From a virus (lineage: Duplodnaviria; Heunggongvirae; Uroviricota; Caudoviricetes), in IMG/VR virus record IMGVR_UViG_2563367003_000003: 8,520 bases of DNA. The stretch is one strand, 5' to 3'. The notes under the pieces are model-generated. The model had not been told where the DNA came from. It ran no database searches and saw nothing but the letters and a program-made list of their open reading frames with translations. The first letter of the stretch is position 1; the number at the start of each line of letters is the position of its first letter. Positions 1 to 7,120 of the stretch are shown here, one piece after another. The translations under genes were made by a program, and so were the position numbers.

Positions 1-1053
1 ATGACGTTACCACTAAGAGATTACTATCCTATTGAGCGCGCGGCAAAGTTATTAGACTGCGATATTGATGATCTTATTCATTGGGCTGTGACAGGCTGCA
101 TTCGTATTTGTATAAAAATTGAATCTGCATATGGAGTATTAAATATCCCAGATGAAAAAGATGTGGTTAATTTCGATTGTCTGCGTAAGTTTCTGGATTC
201 AGAACCATGTAAATCACGGTTATCTGACCTTGATGCCATTTCAGAAAGGGCGGCAGAACACCATGGTTTTAATTATATAAAAACCAAGTCGAGAATTATA
301 TTTGATTCAATGTGCGAATCTCTAAGTCATTCATATGTAGCGCCCAAATTTGGTGACATAGCAATTGATACTGCATTTGCTTTGTTAAATTATTATAACA
401 GGGGGTTATATTATGGGGAAAATTATCACATATATAGTGTATATCGAATAGCAACGGATGAAAGAGCTGTGGCAGTTGTACCACCAGTATTTAAAGGTAT
501 TCAAGAAAAATACCATAAGTATTTTGTTGAAATAGGCGGTATTTTCGCTTTGGGGGGAAGTTTTTTTGCCAACTATGATTTTAATAAGAAGTTTAAAGCC
601 AACCGAATAATTAATAGCAATATTATAATTGCTTCTGACGTTGATATACATATAGGAGTAATTGTTACTGAGGATGTTTCTTTTGATATTGGTGATTTAT
701 ATATCTTAAAGAGTGATTTTTTAAAAATACAAAATGCTACAAGCTCCAATAGCGAGTTAAGAAAAGATTATGTTAATCCATTGGCAGACACTTTATATTT
801 GTGTGCGGGTAACAATATATTAAGCTCTGAGGATGGAGAGAAAGATATATGCACCAATAAAAACAATATAGAACGATTATCTAAAACAATGAAGGATTTT
901 TTTCGTGCGATGCTTGTTATTCATTATAAAGAACTCGAAAACAATCCGGTAAAACTTGCTGATATATTGACCGCGGAAGCAAAAGAGGCAGGACTCAATA
1001 TGCGCTTTGATAAAAGTACTATATCAAGATGGATTAAGGCATCATCTCAGTAA
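1..1053 (+). CDS. Hypothetical protein, 350 aa, AT-rich cargo-like gene of unknown function; weak HTH-like segments at both termini
   Basis: Long uninterrupted ORF from the track. By eye it is clearly more AT-rich (mid-30s % GC in sampled 60-nt stretches) than the primase and integrase genes (about 50%). N-terminus (YPIERAAKLLDCDIDDLIHW) and C-terminus (KLADILTAEAKEAGLNMRFDKSTISRWIK) look like helix-turn-helix segments. No catalytic motif recognised. ATG at position 1, so the true start could lie upstream of the window. Confidence 0.6.
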   Translation: MTLPLRDYYPIERAAKLLDCDIDDLIHWAVTGCIRICIKIESAYGVLNIPDEKDVVNFDCLRKFLDSEPCKSRLSDLDAISERAAEHHGFNYIKTKSRIIFDSMCESLSHSYVAPKFGDIAIDTAFALLNYYNRGLYYGENYHIYSVYRIATDERAVAVVPPVFKGIQEKYHKYFVEIGGIFALGGSFFANYDFNKKFKANRIINSNIIIASDVDIHIGVIVTEDVSFDIGDLYILKSDFLKIQNATSSNSELRKDYVNPLADTLYLCAGNNILSSEDGEKDICTNKNNIERLSKTMKDFFRAMLVIHYKELENNPVKLADILTAEAKEAGLNMRFDKSTISRWIKASSQ

Positions 1054-1116
1054 GACCAGCAAGCATCTTAATAAGACCTTTAATACTTGCTTTCAAAACT
1101 CCGTAAAACAAAAATC

Positions 1117-1145
1117 TCCCCCGAAAGTTCAGAAACATAGGGGGA
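1117..1145 (+). promoter_or_regulatory. Possible RBS-sequestering stem-loop in the 5' leader of the alpA-like gene
   Basis: TCCCCC (1117-1122) is the reverse complement of GGGGGA (1140-1145), which is the Shine-Dalgarno for the ATG at 1149. Stem is only 6 bp with a 17-nt loop. Confidence 0.25.
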
Positions 1146-1148
1146 AAT

Positions 1149-1469
1149 ATGACTCAATCCGCATTCATTCCACCAACTCCAGAACAGCGCCGCACCATAC
1201 TCGCCGAGTATGGTTTTGACTGCGAAGAACGCATCAGGGAAGAGAAGTGTAAAAAAATGACCACGCTTTCACGCTCCCGGCGCTGGGAACTGGAGAAGAT
1301 CGGTGCTTTTCCTCCCCGTCACTCTTTGGGGCGTTGCTCATGTACCTGGCTGTTAAGTGATGTTTTGTGGTGGCTACGTAATCCGCCAGTTATTGCCAAA
1401 GTGAATAACCCATACGAAAACGCCAAAAAGAAAAGGGAGAGGGAATCCGGTAGCGCCAGAGTTGAATAA
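1149..1469 (+). CDS. alpA: AlpA/Vis-family prophage regulatory protein (HTH excisionase-like), 106 aa
   Basis: Core MTTLSRSRRWELEKIGAFPPRHSLG...W...DVLWWL follows the AlpA pattern (G.SR...W...G.FP...G...W...D..W) as I recall it from E. coli CP4-57 AlpA. Strong SD GGGGGA 3 nt upstream of the ATG. Has a ~30-aa N-terminal extension relative to minimal AlpA proteins. Confidence 0.7.
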   Translation: MTQSAFIPPTPEQRRTILAEYGFDCEERIREEKCKKMTTLSRSRRWELEKIGAFPPRHSLGRCSCTWLLSDVLWWLRNPPVIAKVNNPYENAKKKRERESGSARVE

Positions 1470-1570
1470 GCCCGGGCGGCTTATTGCAGCCCATCGCTTG
1501 GCGGCAAAACTTACTGATGTGAACACGTTGCTACACGTGAGGGGGAGAGGTCGGGCGCTGACAGCAGAGC

Positions 1571-1601
1571 AAAAAAAAGAAGCTCGCTAAAGCCAGCGAG
1601 C
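1571..1601 (-). terminator. Rho-independent terminator oriented for minus-strand (leftward) transcription
   Basis: Read on the + strand: A8 tract (1571-1578), then GCTCGCT (1582-1588), loop AAAGCC, AGCGAGC (1595-1601). On the minus strand this is a 7-bp GC-rich hairpin followed by a U8 run. There is no U-tract on the + strand side. Confidence 0.55.
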
Positions 1602-1725
1602 CAACCAGTCAAGGATGTGCATTTAGTGCACCTGAAATCAACAATAAGAAACAATAGGCAGAAATGATTATGGCTTTTTTACTCTTAAAAATCAATTACT
1701 CAGCGCAATCGCGCAAAAATAATTT

Positions 1726-1765
1726 GCAATATTGCTTGACTCGCTTTTTTGTCATGGCGTATCGT
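1726..1765 (+). promoter_or_regulatory. Candidate sigma70 promoter for the small-gene/primase operon, with an operator-like palindrome abutting the -35
   Basis: TTGACT (1736-1741), 18-nt spacer, TATCGT (1760-1765). Perfect 10-bp palindrome GCAATATTGC (1726-1735) directly 5' of the -35; further GCAAT half-sites at 1704-1708. The upstream part of track ORF 1664-2191 has no RBS and is better read as leader. Confidence 0.35.
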
Positions 1766-2017
1766 TTGCCCGCACCTCATAAAACAGGTGCCGGGTTTGA
1801 CAGCCTGAACAATCAAGCGGGTAGCCGCTATATTTCCGTAATGCGGTTTTTTTGTGCCCGTAATTCCACCCTACCCCGTATTATGGCGGGGCGTAATGGG
1901 GGAGCCTTTGCGCTCGCTGGTTCCTTGATTGCCAGTCTGTCAACCCTGTTACGTCCCGCCACCATGTTTGACAGCGTGCTGGCGAGACTCCGTAAACTTA
2001 ATCAAGGAGCCGCCAAA

Positions 2018-2191
2018 ATGGCTATATCAACACGCCCTGATTTTATCTGGCGCTTTATGCAGTGCCACGGTAAAAATATCCGCCTTCATACCGTTACCGC
2101 CGCCAGTGAGCGCGAAGCGCGCGCCCTGCTTCCGGCATCCCGTCTGGTCTTTGTTGCCCGTATTCGTGTCCGGGAGGCGTGCCATGTTTAA
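2018..2191 (+). CDS. Icd/Ash-like small protein, 57 aa, first gene of the overlapping small-gene operon
   Basis: Internal ATG at 2018 in frame with track ORF 1664-2191, preceded by a consensus SD AAGGAG (2005-2010, 7-nt spacing). Segment FIWRF...HTVTAASEREARALLPASRLVFVARIRV resembles the Ash/Icd-like family motif as I remember it; needs HMM confirmation. Confidence 0.5.
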   Translation: MAISTRPDFIWRFMQCHGKNIRLHTVTAASEREARALLPASRLVFVARIRVREACHV

Positions 2192-2366
2192 GATCCTTAT
2201 TACCCTGATTAACTACCAGAACGGCGACGTTCGCCAGATGATTCATTCCTGGGAATATCCGACTTATGACGATGCATGGCGTGATGCCTGTCGTATGGCA
2301 TATTCCCGCAATGACAAACAGGGGCGATTAACTCACAAATGCGCAGTAAAAATCATGGAGGGGTAA
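2184..2366 (+). CDS. Hypothetical small protein, 60 aa
   Basis: ATG at 2184 in frame with track ORF 1929-2366, preceded by SD GGGAGG (2172-2177). Overlaps the stop of the upstream gene by 8 nt, suggesting translational coupling. The longer 145-aa reading lacks an RBS. Confidence 0.5.
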   Translation: MFKILITLINYQNGDVRQMIHSWEYPTYDDAWRDACRMAYSRNDKQGRLTHKCAVKIMEG

Positions 2367-2368
2367 CG

Positions 2369-2557
2369 ATGTACGAGATTCATATTAAATTGCGTAATGT
2401 GGTAACAGGAGAGGAAGAAAACTTCCACACGATACGTAAATATAAATCAAAAGGAAAAGCGGCAAGGGACGCTATCAGGTATACGGAAGAAATTGCGCCG
2501 AAATATCAATTGCCAGAAGAAGAGCTCACAGCATCAGTGGTAAAGGTGAAGAAATGA
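2369..2557 (+). CDS. Hypothetical small protein, 62 aa
   Basis: ATG at 2369 (MYEIHIKL...) in frame with track ORF 2339-2557, preceded by SD GGAGGGG with about 6-nt spacing and starting 2 nt after the upstream stop. Lys/Glu-rich. Confidence 0.5.
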   Translation: MYEIHIKLRNVVTGEEENFHTIRKYKSKGKAARDAIRYTEEIAPKYQLPEEELTASVVKVKK

Positions 2558-2772
2558 AAACCCGTTCAGCATCCCGTAAATATAGCCGTAATACTGAAAA
2601 ACGTTTCTTTGTGCTGGGTTATGCCGTTAATAAACGCGGGTTAACCAAACATGCACATGCAACGGTATACGGAGCGGAGCCAGGCGAAGCCATACGCCGC
2701 GCAGCCGAAGGACTGGAAAAGCTGGGAATGACGCATTTCAGAGCGTTGAAGGTGACGCAGCTTTCCGCCTGA
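2554..2772 (+). CDS. Hypothetical small basic protein, 72 aa
   Basis: Start ATG overlaps the upstream stop as ATGA (2554-2557), indicating translational coupling. Basic N-terminus (RSASRKYSRNTEKR). No family recognised. Confidence 0.5.
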   Translation: MKTRSASRKYSRNTEKRFFVLGYAVNKRGLTKHAHATVYGAEPGEAIRRAAEGLEKLGMTHFRALKVTQLSA

Positions 2773-2840
2773 TTCCCGAATTATCCACTGATAACTGAAT
2801 TAAATTTATATTTCGACCTTAACGGGTCGGGGGAGTTTTT

Positions 2841-3146
2841 ATGTCTGAAAATCAGAATTACGCAGATATTTTAGATAAAGAATACATTGGATTTTTTACA
2901 GAGAGTGCAAAAGAAGATCTCGCAGATGTAATTAACCTCATCGATCTTATATCCATCATGTTTGGTGAGAGGGATTGCGGAGCATCTTCAGAAATCACAA
3001 ACAAAGCAATTGTATCTCTGTTTAATATTATTTATCGGGAATTAGAAACAATAAAATCTGGTATGCATCTTTCTGGCGGTATTTTTTCATGGCACAAAGC
3101 TGAAGCCGCAGGGATTACCAAGAAACAAGAAGTAACGAGTAATTAA
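2841..3146 (+). CDS. Hypothetical protein, 101 aa, AT-rich moron-like gene directly upstream of the primase
   Basis: SD GGGGGAG (2829-2835) 5 nt before the ATG. Lower GC than its neighbours. Bracketed by a 5-bp hairpin (CGACC/GGTCG, 2814-2829) and a strong 3' hairpin. No recognisable motif. Confidence 0.55.
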   Translation: MSENQNYADILDKEYIGFFTESAKEDLADVINLIDLISIMFGERDCGASSEITNKAIVSLFNIIYRELETIKSGMHLSGGIFSWHKAEAAGITKKQEVTSN

Positions 3147-3150
3147 TAAA

Positions 3151-3185
3151 ACCCCACTGCAAAAGGTGCAGTGGGGTGGAGTTTT
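3151..3185 (+). terminator. Strong stem-loop (11-bp stem) with a short U-run, between the 101-aa gene and the primase start; possible terminator or attenuator
   Basis: ACCCCACTGCA (3151-3161), loop AAAGG, TGCAGTGGGGT (3167-3177), perfect complement. Followed by GGAG then TTTT (3182-3185), so the U-tract is 4 nt from the stem and not canonical. The hairpin contains the GTG at 3166 that the ORF track uses as the primase start. Confidence 0.4.
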
Positions 3186-3189
3186 ATAT

Positions 3190-5865
3190 ATGAAATCTGA
3201 CATCAGAAAAGAGATTATTAACCGTCTTATCCGTGATTACAACTTCAAAGAAGAAAATAACTACCTCCGGTATGGTGTTTGTCCGCAATGTGGAAAGAAA
3301 GAGTTGTTTACCAGCCTTGAAAGGCCGTACATCGTACACTGCGGGCGTGAAAATAAATGCGGTACAGACCTGCTGACTAAAGAACTTTACCCGGATGTGT
3401 TTTCATCATGGTCAGATCGCTATATCAGTACGAAAGATGAACCATACGCAGCGGCGGCAGCTTATCTCCTGGAGGCACGCAATATTGCTACAGAGCCACT
3501 GAAGGGGGTATTTACCCAGGAGCGATACAAAGACAAGGAAAGCGGCGAACAGGCCGCTACTGTGCGTTTTACGCTGGCTGACGACGTGTGGTGGGAGCGC
3601 ATCATAGACCGACCGGAACGCTTCGAACGGAAGGCGAATTTTTCCGGCAGCTACAAGGGGTTGTGGTGGGCTTATCCGGGAGCAGATTTAAGCAAGGCCA
3701 AAGAAATCTGGATTTGTGAGGGTATCTTTGATGCCATCAGCCTTAACCAGAATGGCATTGCGGCCGTTTCTGTCATGTCTGCCGTGAGCTACCCTGATAA
3801 GGCACTGGAAGAGCTGGCGAAGCTGTGCGGGGATAATCCCCGTCCGGTTATCGTGTGGGCGCTGGATAACGGGCGTGCAGGTGAGCGTTACGCGAAAAAA
3901 CATGCAGAACGCAGCGCCGAAGACGGCTGGAGAACGGCAGCGGCGTTGCCAGGTAAAAACAACAATAAACGCGACTGGAATGATTTACACATCGCCGGAA
4001 AGCTGCGTGGCCATGATGTGAAAAGATACCGTTATTACGGTGATTTATTGCTGGCGAAATCTCCAAGAGATAAGGCACTAATAATGTTTTCCTTTCGTGA
4101 GCGGAAGGAATTTCATTTTACTTTTGATAACCGTGTTTTCTGGTTCAAGCTGGACATTGAGCGCCATATGAAGGCTGTTGAGCGTGTCATTAATGAGCGA
4201 AATGTTGATGAGGATGAAGCGCGCAAAATTGCACTTAAGGAATCTGGTGCAGTAAAAGAAATCGCAAACTGTAACCCAGCGCCGCTTTATTACATTCGAA
4301 ATAATGACACGGATGAAGCATGGTATTACTTCCGTGTTACGTTCCCGGATGGTGCTACGGTGAAAAACACCTTTACATCAGGACAATTAACATCCTCATC
4401 TGAATTTAAAAAACGCCTGTTACACGTGGCAAAAGGCGGTATTTATACCGGAACGACTACGCAGCTTGACGCATTAATAAAAAATGACCTTCCCGCAATA
4501 AAAGAGGTTATTGGTCAGGATTTTATCGGATACAACAAGGCGATTGGGGCATGGCTGTTTAATGATATTGCTGTTTACAAGGGAAAAACTTATGAAATCA
4601 ATGACGAGGATTATTTTGAAATTGATGGCATAAACGCAAAACCATTAAGCGAAAAACCCACATTACAGATTAACTACAAAAAACCGGATGAATTTACAGC
4701 GTCCTGGGTGGAAGATCTCTGGCTGGCTTTTGGTGAAAAGGGAATTATTACCCTGGCTTTCTGGTTGGGCTCCCTGTTCAGCGAACAAATCCGGGATAAA
4801 GAAGAATCCTTCCCTTTCCTTGAAGTCACCGGAGAGCCCGGAACGGGCAAATCAACATTGATTGATTTTTGCTGGCGGCTGTGCGGTCGTGACAACTACG
4901 AAGGAGTTGATCCAACCAAAGGATCAGAGGCGGGCTGGAAGCGCACCTTTGGACAGGTCGCCGGATTGCCTGTTGTTCTGATTGAAGCAGACCGGGGAGA
5001 CAATGCGCAAAAAAGAGGTGCGTTTGACTTCGATAACCTGAAAAGCCTCTATAACGGTGGCGGTATCGGTGTTCGTGGGGTTAAGGCCAACAATAACAAC
5101 ACCTATGACCCGGATTTTAAGGGCGCTATCGTGATTGCGCAGAATGCGCGGGTAAATGCCTCGCCGGCAATTATTGAGCGCCTGATACGCATATACACCG
5201 ATAAAAAACGCCATTCACCTGATACCCGACTGGCGGCGAGACGGCTGGAACTCTACCCCGTCGAGAAGGTATCGGGGTTTATTCACCGGGCGGTAAGTCA
5301 GGAACGGGCGATTATGCAAACGTTCCTGGAAGTATCGCCCGCTGAAACGGAACGCCTTTGCGGATGCGAAAATATTCGCCATCCCCGTATTGCCAAAAAT
5401 CACGCGCAACTTATCGCGCTGGTCAGGGCGCTGAAATGCGTTATCGATATCCCGGATGAATGGCTTGATGCCACATGTCTGGAACTGGAACAAATGGCAA
5501 CGGCGCAGGTTAAAGCGGCGGCGGCTGACTTGCCAGAAGTGATGGAGTTCTGGGAGGCGTTCGACTTCCTGGACGGCATAACAAAATACGGTGTAAACCA
5601 TTACGGCAAGGGATGCCGCGAAGGGATTGCTATCAGTATTCCGCAACTGGCACAGGCTGCCGCCATTCACCGCGTGGAGATCCGAACCGATCGCGAAATG
5701 ATTGAGTTGCTCGGAGCTGGGCGTTCCCGACCGTTGACAGGCCGTAAAACCATTCGTAGTGAGGTGTCCAGACAGGCAAACGCCGGAAAAGGAGTAGCCG
5801 AAGCCAGAGAGCCGGAAGTACTGAAATGCCGGATATTCAGTTACAAGGAGGTCACCGAAAAATGA
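3190..5865 (+). CDS. Bifunctional DNA primase/helicase, P4 alpha-like replication protein (zinc ribbon + TOPRIM-type primase + P-loop NTPase)
   Basis: Track ORF 3166-5865 begins with GTG inside the hairpin; the first ATG at 3190 has SD GGAG (3178-3181). Motifs: zinc ribbon CPQCG...HCGRENKCG (about nt 3279-3363), TOPRIM-like EGIFDAISL (about 3715-3744) with ALDNGRAG (about 3859-3882), Walker A GEPGTGKST (about 4832-4858), Walker B-like VVLIEAD (about 4970-4990). Architecture matches P4-family primase/helicases. Confidence 0.85.
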   Translation: MKSDIRKEIINRLIRDYNFKEENNYLRYGVCPQCGKKELFTSLERPYIVHCGRENKCGTDLLTKELYPDVFSSWSDRYISTKDEPYAAAAAYLLEARNIATEPLKGVFTQERYKDKESGEQAATVRFTLADDVWWERIIDRPERFERKANFSGSYKGLWWAYPGADLSKAKEIWICEGIFDAISLNQNGIAAVSVMSAVSYPDKALEELAKLCGDNPRPVIVWALDNGRAGERYAKKHAERSAEDGWRTAAALPGKNNNKRDWNDLHIAGKLRGHDVKRYRYYGDLLLAKSPRDKALIMFSFRERKEFHFTFDNRVFWFKLDIERHMKAVERVINERNVDEDEARKIALKESGAVKEIANCNPAPLYYIRNNDTDEAWYYFRVTFPDGATVKNTFTSGQLTSSSEFKKRLLHVAKGGIYTGTTTQLDALIKNDLPAIKEVIGQDFIGYNKAIGAWLFNDIAVYKGKTYEINDEDYFEIDGINAKPLSEKPTLQINYKKPDEFTASWVEDLWLAFGEKGIITLAFWLGSLFSEQIRDKEESFPFLEVTGEPGTGKSTLIDFCWRLCGRDNYEGVDPTKGSEAGWKRTFGQVAGLPVVLIEADRGDNAQKRGAFDFDNLKSLYNGGGIGVRGVKANNNNTYDPDFKGAIVIAQNARVNASPAIIERLIRIYTDKKRHSPDTRLAARRLELYPVEKVSGFIHRAVSQERAIMQTFLEVSPAETERLCGCENIRHPRIAKNHAQLIALVRALKCVIDIPDEWLDATCLELEQMATAQVKAAAADLPEVMEFWEAFDFLDGITKYGVNHYGKGCREGIAISIPQLAQAAAIHRVEIRTDREMIELLGAGRSRPLTGRKTIRSEVSRQANAGKGVAEAREPEVLKCRIFSYKEVTEK

Positions 5866-6872
5866 CGATAAAGAAGTTGGTTAACGGTAAGTTTGCTGTG
5901 GACGTGCGGCCTGCAGGAGCAGAAGGAAAAAGATTCAGGCGGCGATTTGATACTCGTGGTGAAGCAGTGGCGTATGAACGCCATGTTCTGATGCACTACC
6001 ACAACAAAGAGTGGGTCGAAAAGCCCATTGAACGTAAAGCGTTAAGCGATCTTCTGGAATTATGGTGGGCGTATCATGGCAAGAATCATCGTTATGGAGC
6101 GATGACGCGGGTAAGAATTGAAGCTGTTCTTTGTGATATGCGCGAACTTGGGATAAACAGAAGCGATCATTTAACCCGGAAAAATATTATCAGATATCGA
6201 CTTAAATTAATGAATCGTGGAATTAAACAGTCAACAGTAAATCGCTATTGTGCCATGATGAGCGGTTTCTTTGAAAAGCTGATTGATGCTGAAGAGTTTG
6301 CGGGTAATAACCCGTTTCGCGAGATACGTAAGTTAAACATTAATCAGCCAGAAATGGCTTATCTTGCACATGATGATATTTCCAGGCTAACCGCGCTTTT
6401 ATCTGGCGATAATCTTAAGGCTGTATTGTTGTGTCTGGCTACAGGTGGGCGCTGGGGTGAGATTGCCAATATTAAAGGTGAGCACATAATTGGCGGAAAG
6501 GTTATTTTTATGAAGACAAAGAACGGCTCAAGGCGGGTCGTTCCAATCGCTAAAGATCTTGAATCACTGGTCAAAGTAAAGGCGACCGGAAGATTAATGA
6601 AACCTAATTATGCAACTGTCAGAAGTGCAATAAGGACTGTGCGGCCTGATTTACCCGTCGGTCAGTCTGTGCATGTTTTACGGCATACCTTTGCCACTCA
6701 CTTTATGATTAATGGTGGAAACATCATCACATTGCAGAAAATACTAGGACACAGCACTATTCAGCAGACGATGACTTACGCGCATTTTGCACCGGATTAC
6801 CTGGCAGATGCCATGAGATTTAACCCGGTAGCCAACATAGTGATCACCGAAGAAAAAGAGCCAGCAGAGTAA
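5862..6872 (+). CDS. int: Tyrosine recombinase, P2-Int-family integrase, 336 aa
   Basis: N-terminus MTIKKLVNGKFAVDVRPAGAEGKRFRRRFDTRGEAVAYE and the catalytic region (GGRWGEIANIK; HVLRHTFATHFMINGGNIITLQKILGH; TMTYAHFAPDYL with the tyrosine nucleophile) closely parallel P2 Int as I recall it. Near-consensus SD AAGGAGGT (5845-5852). The ATG at 5862 overlaps the primase TGA (5863-5865) as ATGA. The track start at 5826 is an upstream in-frame extension. Confidence 0.9.
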   Translation: MTIKKLVNGKFAVDVRPAGAEGKRFRRRFDTRGEAVAYERHVLMHYHNKEWVEKPIERKALSDLLELWWAYHGKNHRYGAMTRVRIEAVLCDMRELGINRSDHLTRKNIIRYRLKLMNRGIKQSTVNRYCAMMSGFFEKLIDAEEFAGNNPFREIRKLNINQPEMAYLAHDDISRLTALLSGDNLKAVLLCLATGGRWGEIANIKGEHIIGGKVIFMKTKNGSRRVVPIAKDLESLVKVKATGRLMKPNYATVRSAIRTVRPDLPVGQSVHVLRHTFATHFMINGGNIITLQKILGHSTIQQTMTYAHFAPDYLADAMRFNPVANIVITEEKEPAE

Positions 6873-6901
6873 CCCGCAGAACGCCGCATTCACAGCAAAA
6901 G

Positions 6902-6927
6902 AGGTCAGTTTCCCGCTGACCTTTTTT
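6902..6927 (+). terminator. Rho-independent terminator downstream of int
   Basis: AGGTCAG (6902-6908), loop TTTCCCG, CTGACCT (6916-6922), then TTTTT (6923-6927). An A-rich run precedes it (CAAAAGA), so it may act in both directions. Confidence 0.7.
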
Positions 6928-7120
6928 GTTGGCCAGAACCAACGGTAACAGCAATGCAATGGTGGTCATATTGCAGTAGTGCCGCCATCAATTTTTTGCT
7001 TCCCCTGATTATCAGAAAGAGTCAAACAGTGGCGAGATACATTTCAATCACAGAGAGTTAATGAGAGTGATACAGAGTAAGTGGGTTTAATTAACATTTT
7101 AAAGGGTCGCGCTAAAGTTT

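Noticed and set aside
296-651. Minus-strand ORFs 296-484 and 406-651
   Set aside because: Antisense to the 350-aa ORF in AT-rich sequence, with low-complexity Ile/Asn/Tyr-rich translations. The longer + strand ORF explains the region.
1007-1219. + strand ORF 1007-1219 (70 aa) bridging the first ORF and the alpA-like gene
   Set aside because: It overlaps the 3' end of the 350-aa ORF and the alpA leader and hairpin in another frame, has no RBS, and has a low-complexity basic translation.
1465-1485. Hairpin AATAAGCC / GGCTTATT (8-bp stem) at the alpA stop codon as an intrinsic terminator
   Set aside because: There is no U-tract after the stem on either strand, so it is not a canonical intrinsic terminator. 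It may still be a stabilising 3' stem-loop.
1664-2017. N-terminal 118 codons of track ORF 1664-2191
   Set aside because: No SD before 1664 or before the internal Met codons at 1883 and 1964, whereas a consensus AAGGAG precedes the ATG at 2018. The upstream part contains promoter-like and hairpin elements and is better read as leader.
1929-2183. Upstream extension of track ORF 1929-2366 (145 aa)
   Set aside because: It overlaps the better-supported 2018-2191 gene in another frame and has no RBS. The ATG at 2184 with SD GGGAGG is the likely start.
3688-5670. Five minus-strand ORFs (71-151 aa) inside the primase/helicase gene
   Set aside because: They are antisense to a long, motif-supported CDS, have no RBS or recognisable motifs, and are typical spurious antisense ORFs in a roughly 50% GC gene.
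6359-6959. Minus-strand ORFs 6359-6574 and 6744-6959
   Set aside because: Antisense to the integrase gene, and the second runs through the int terminator hairpin. No RBS or motif.
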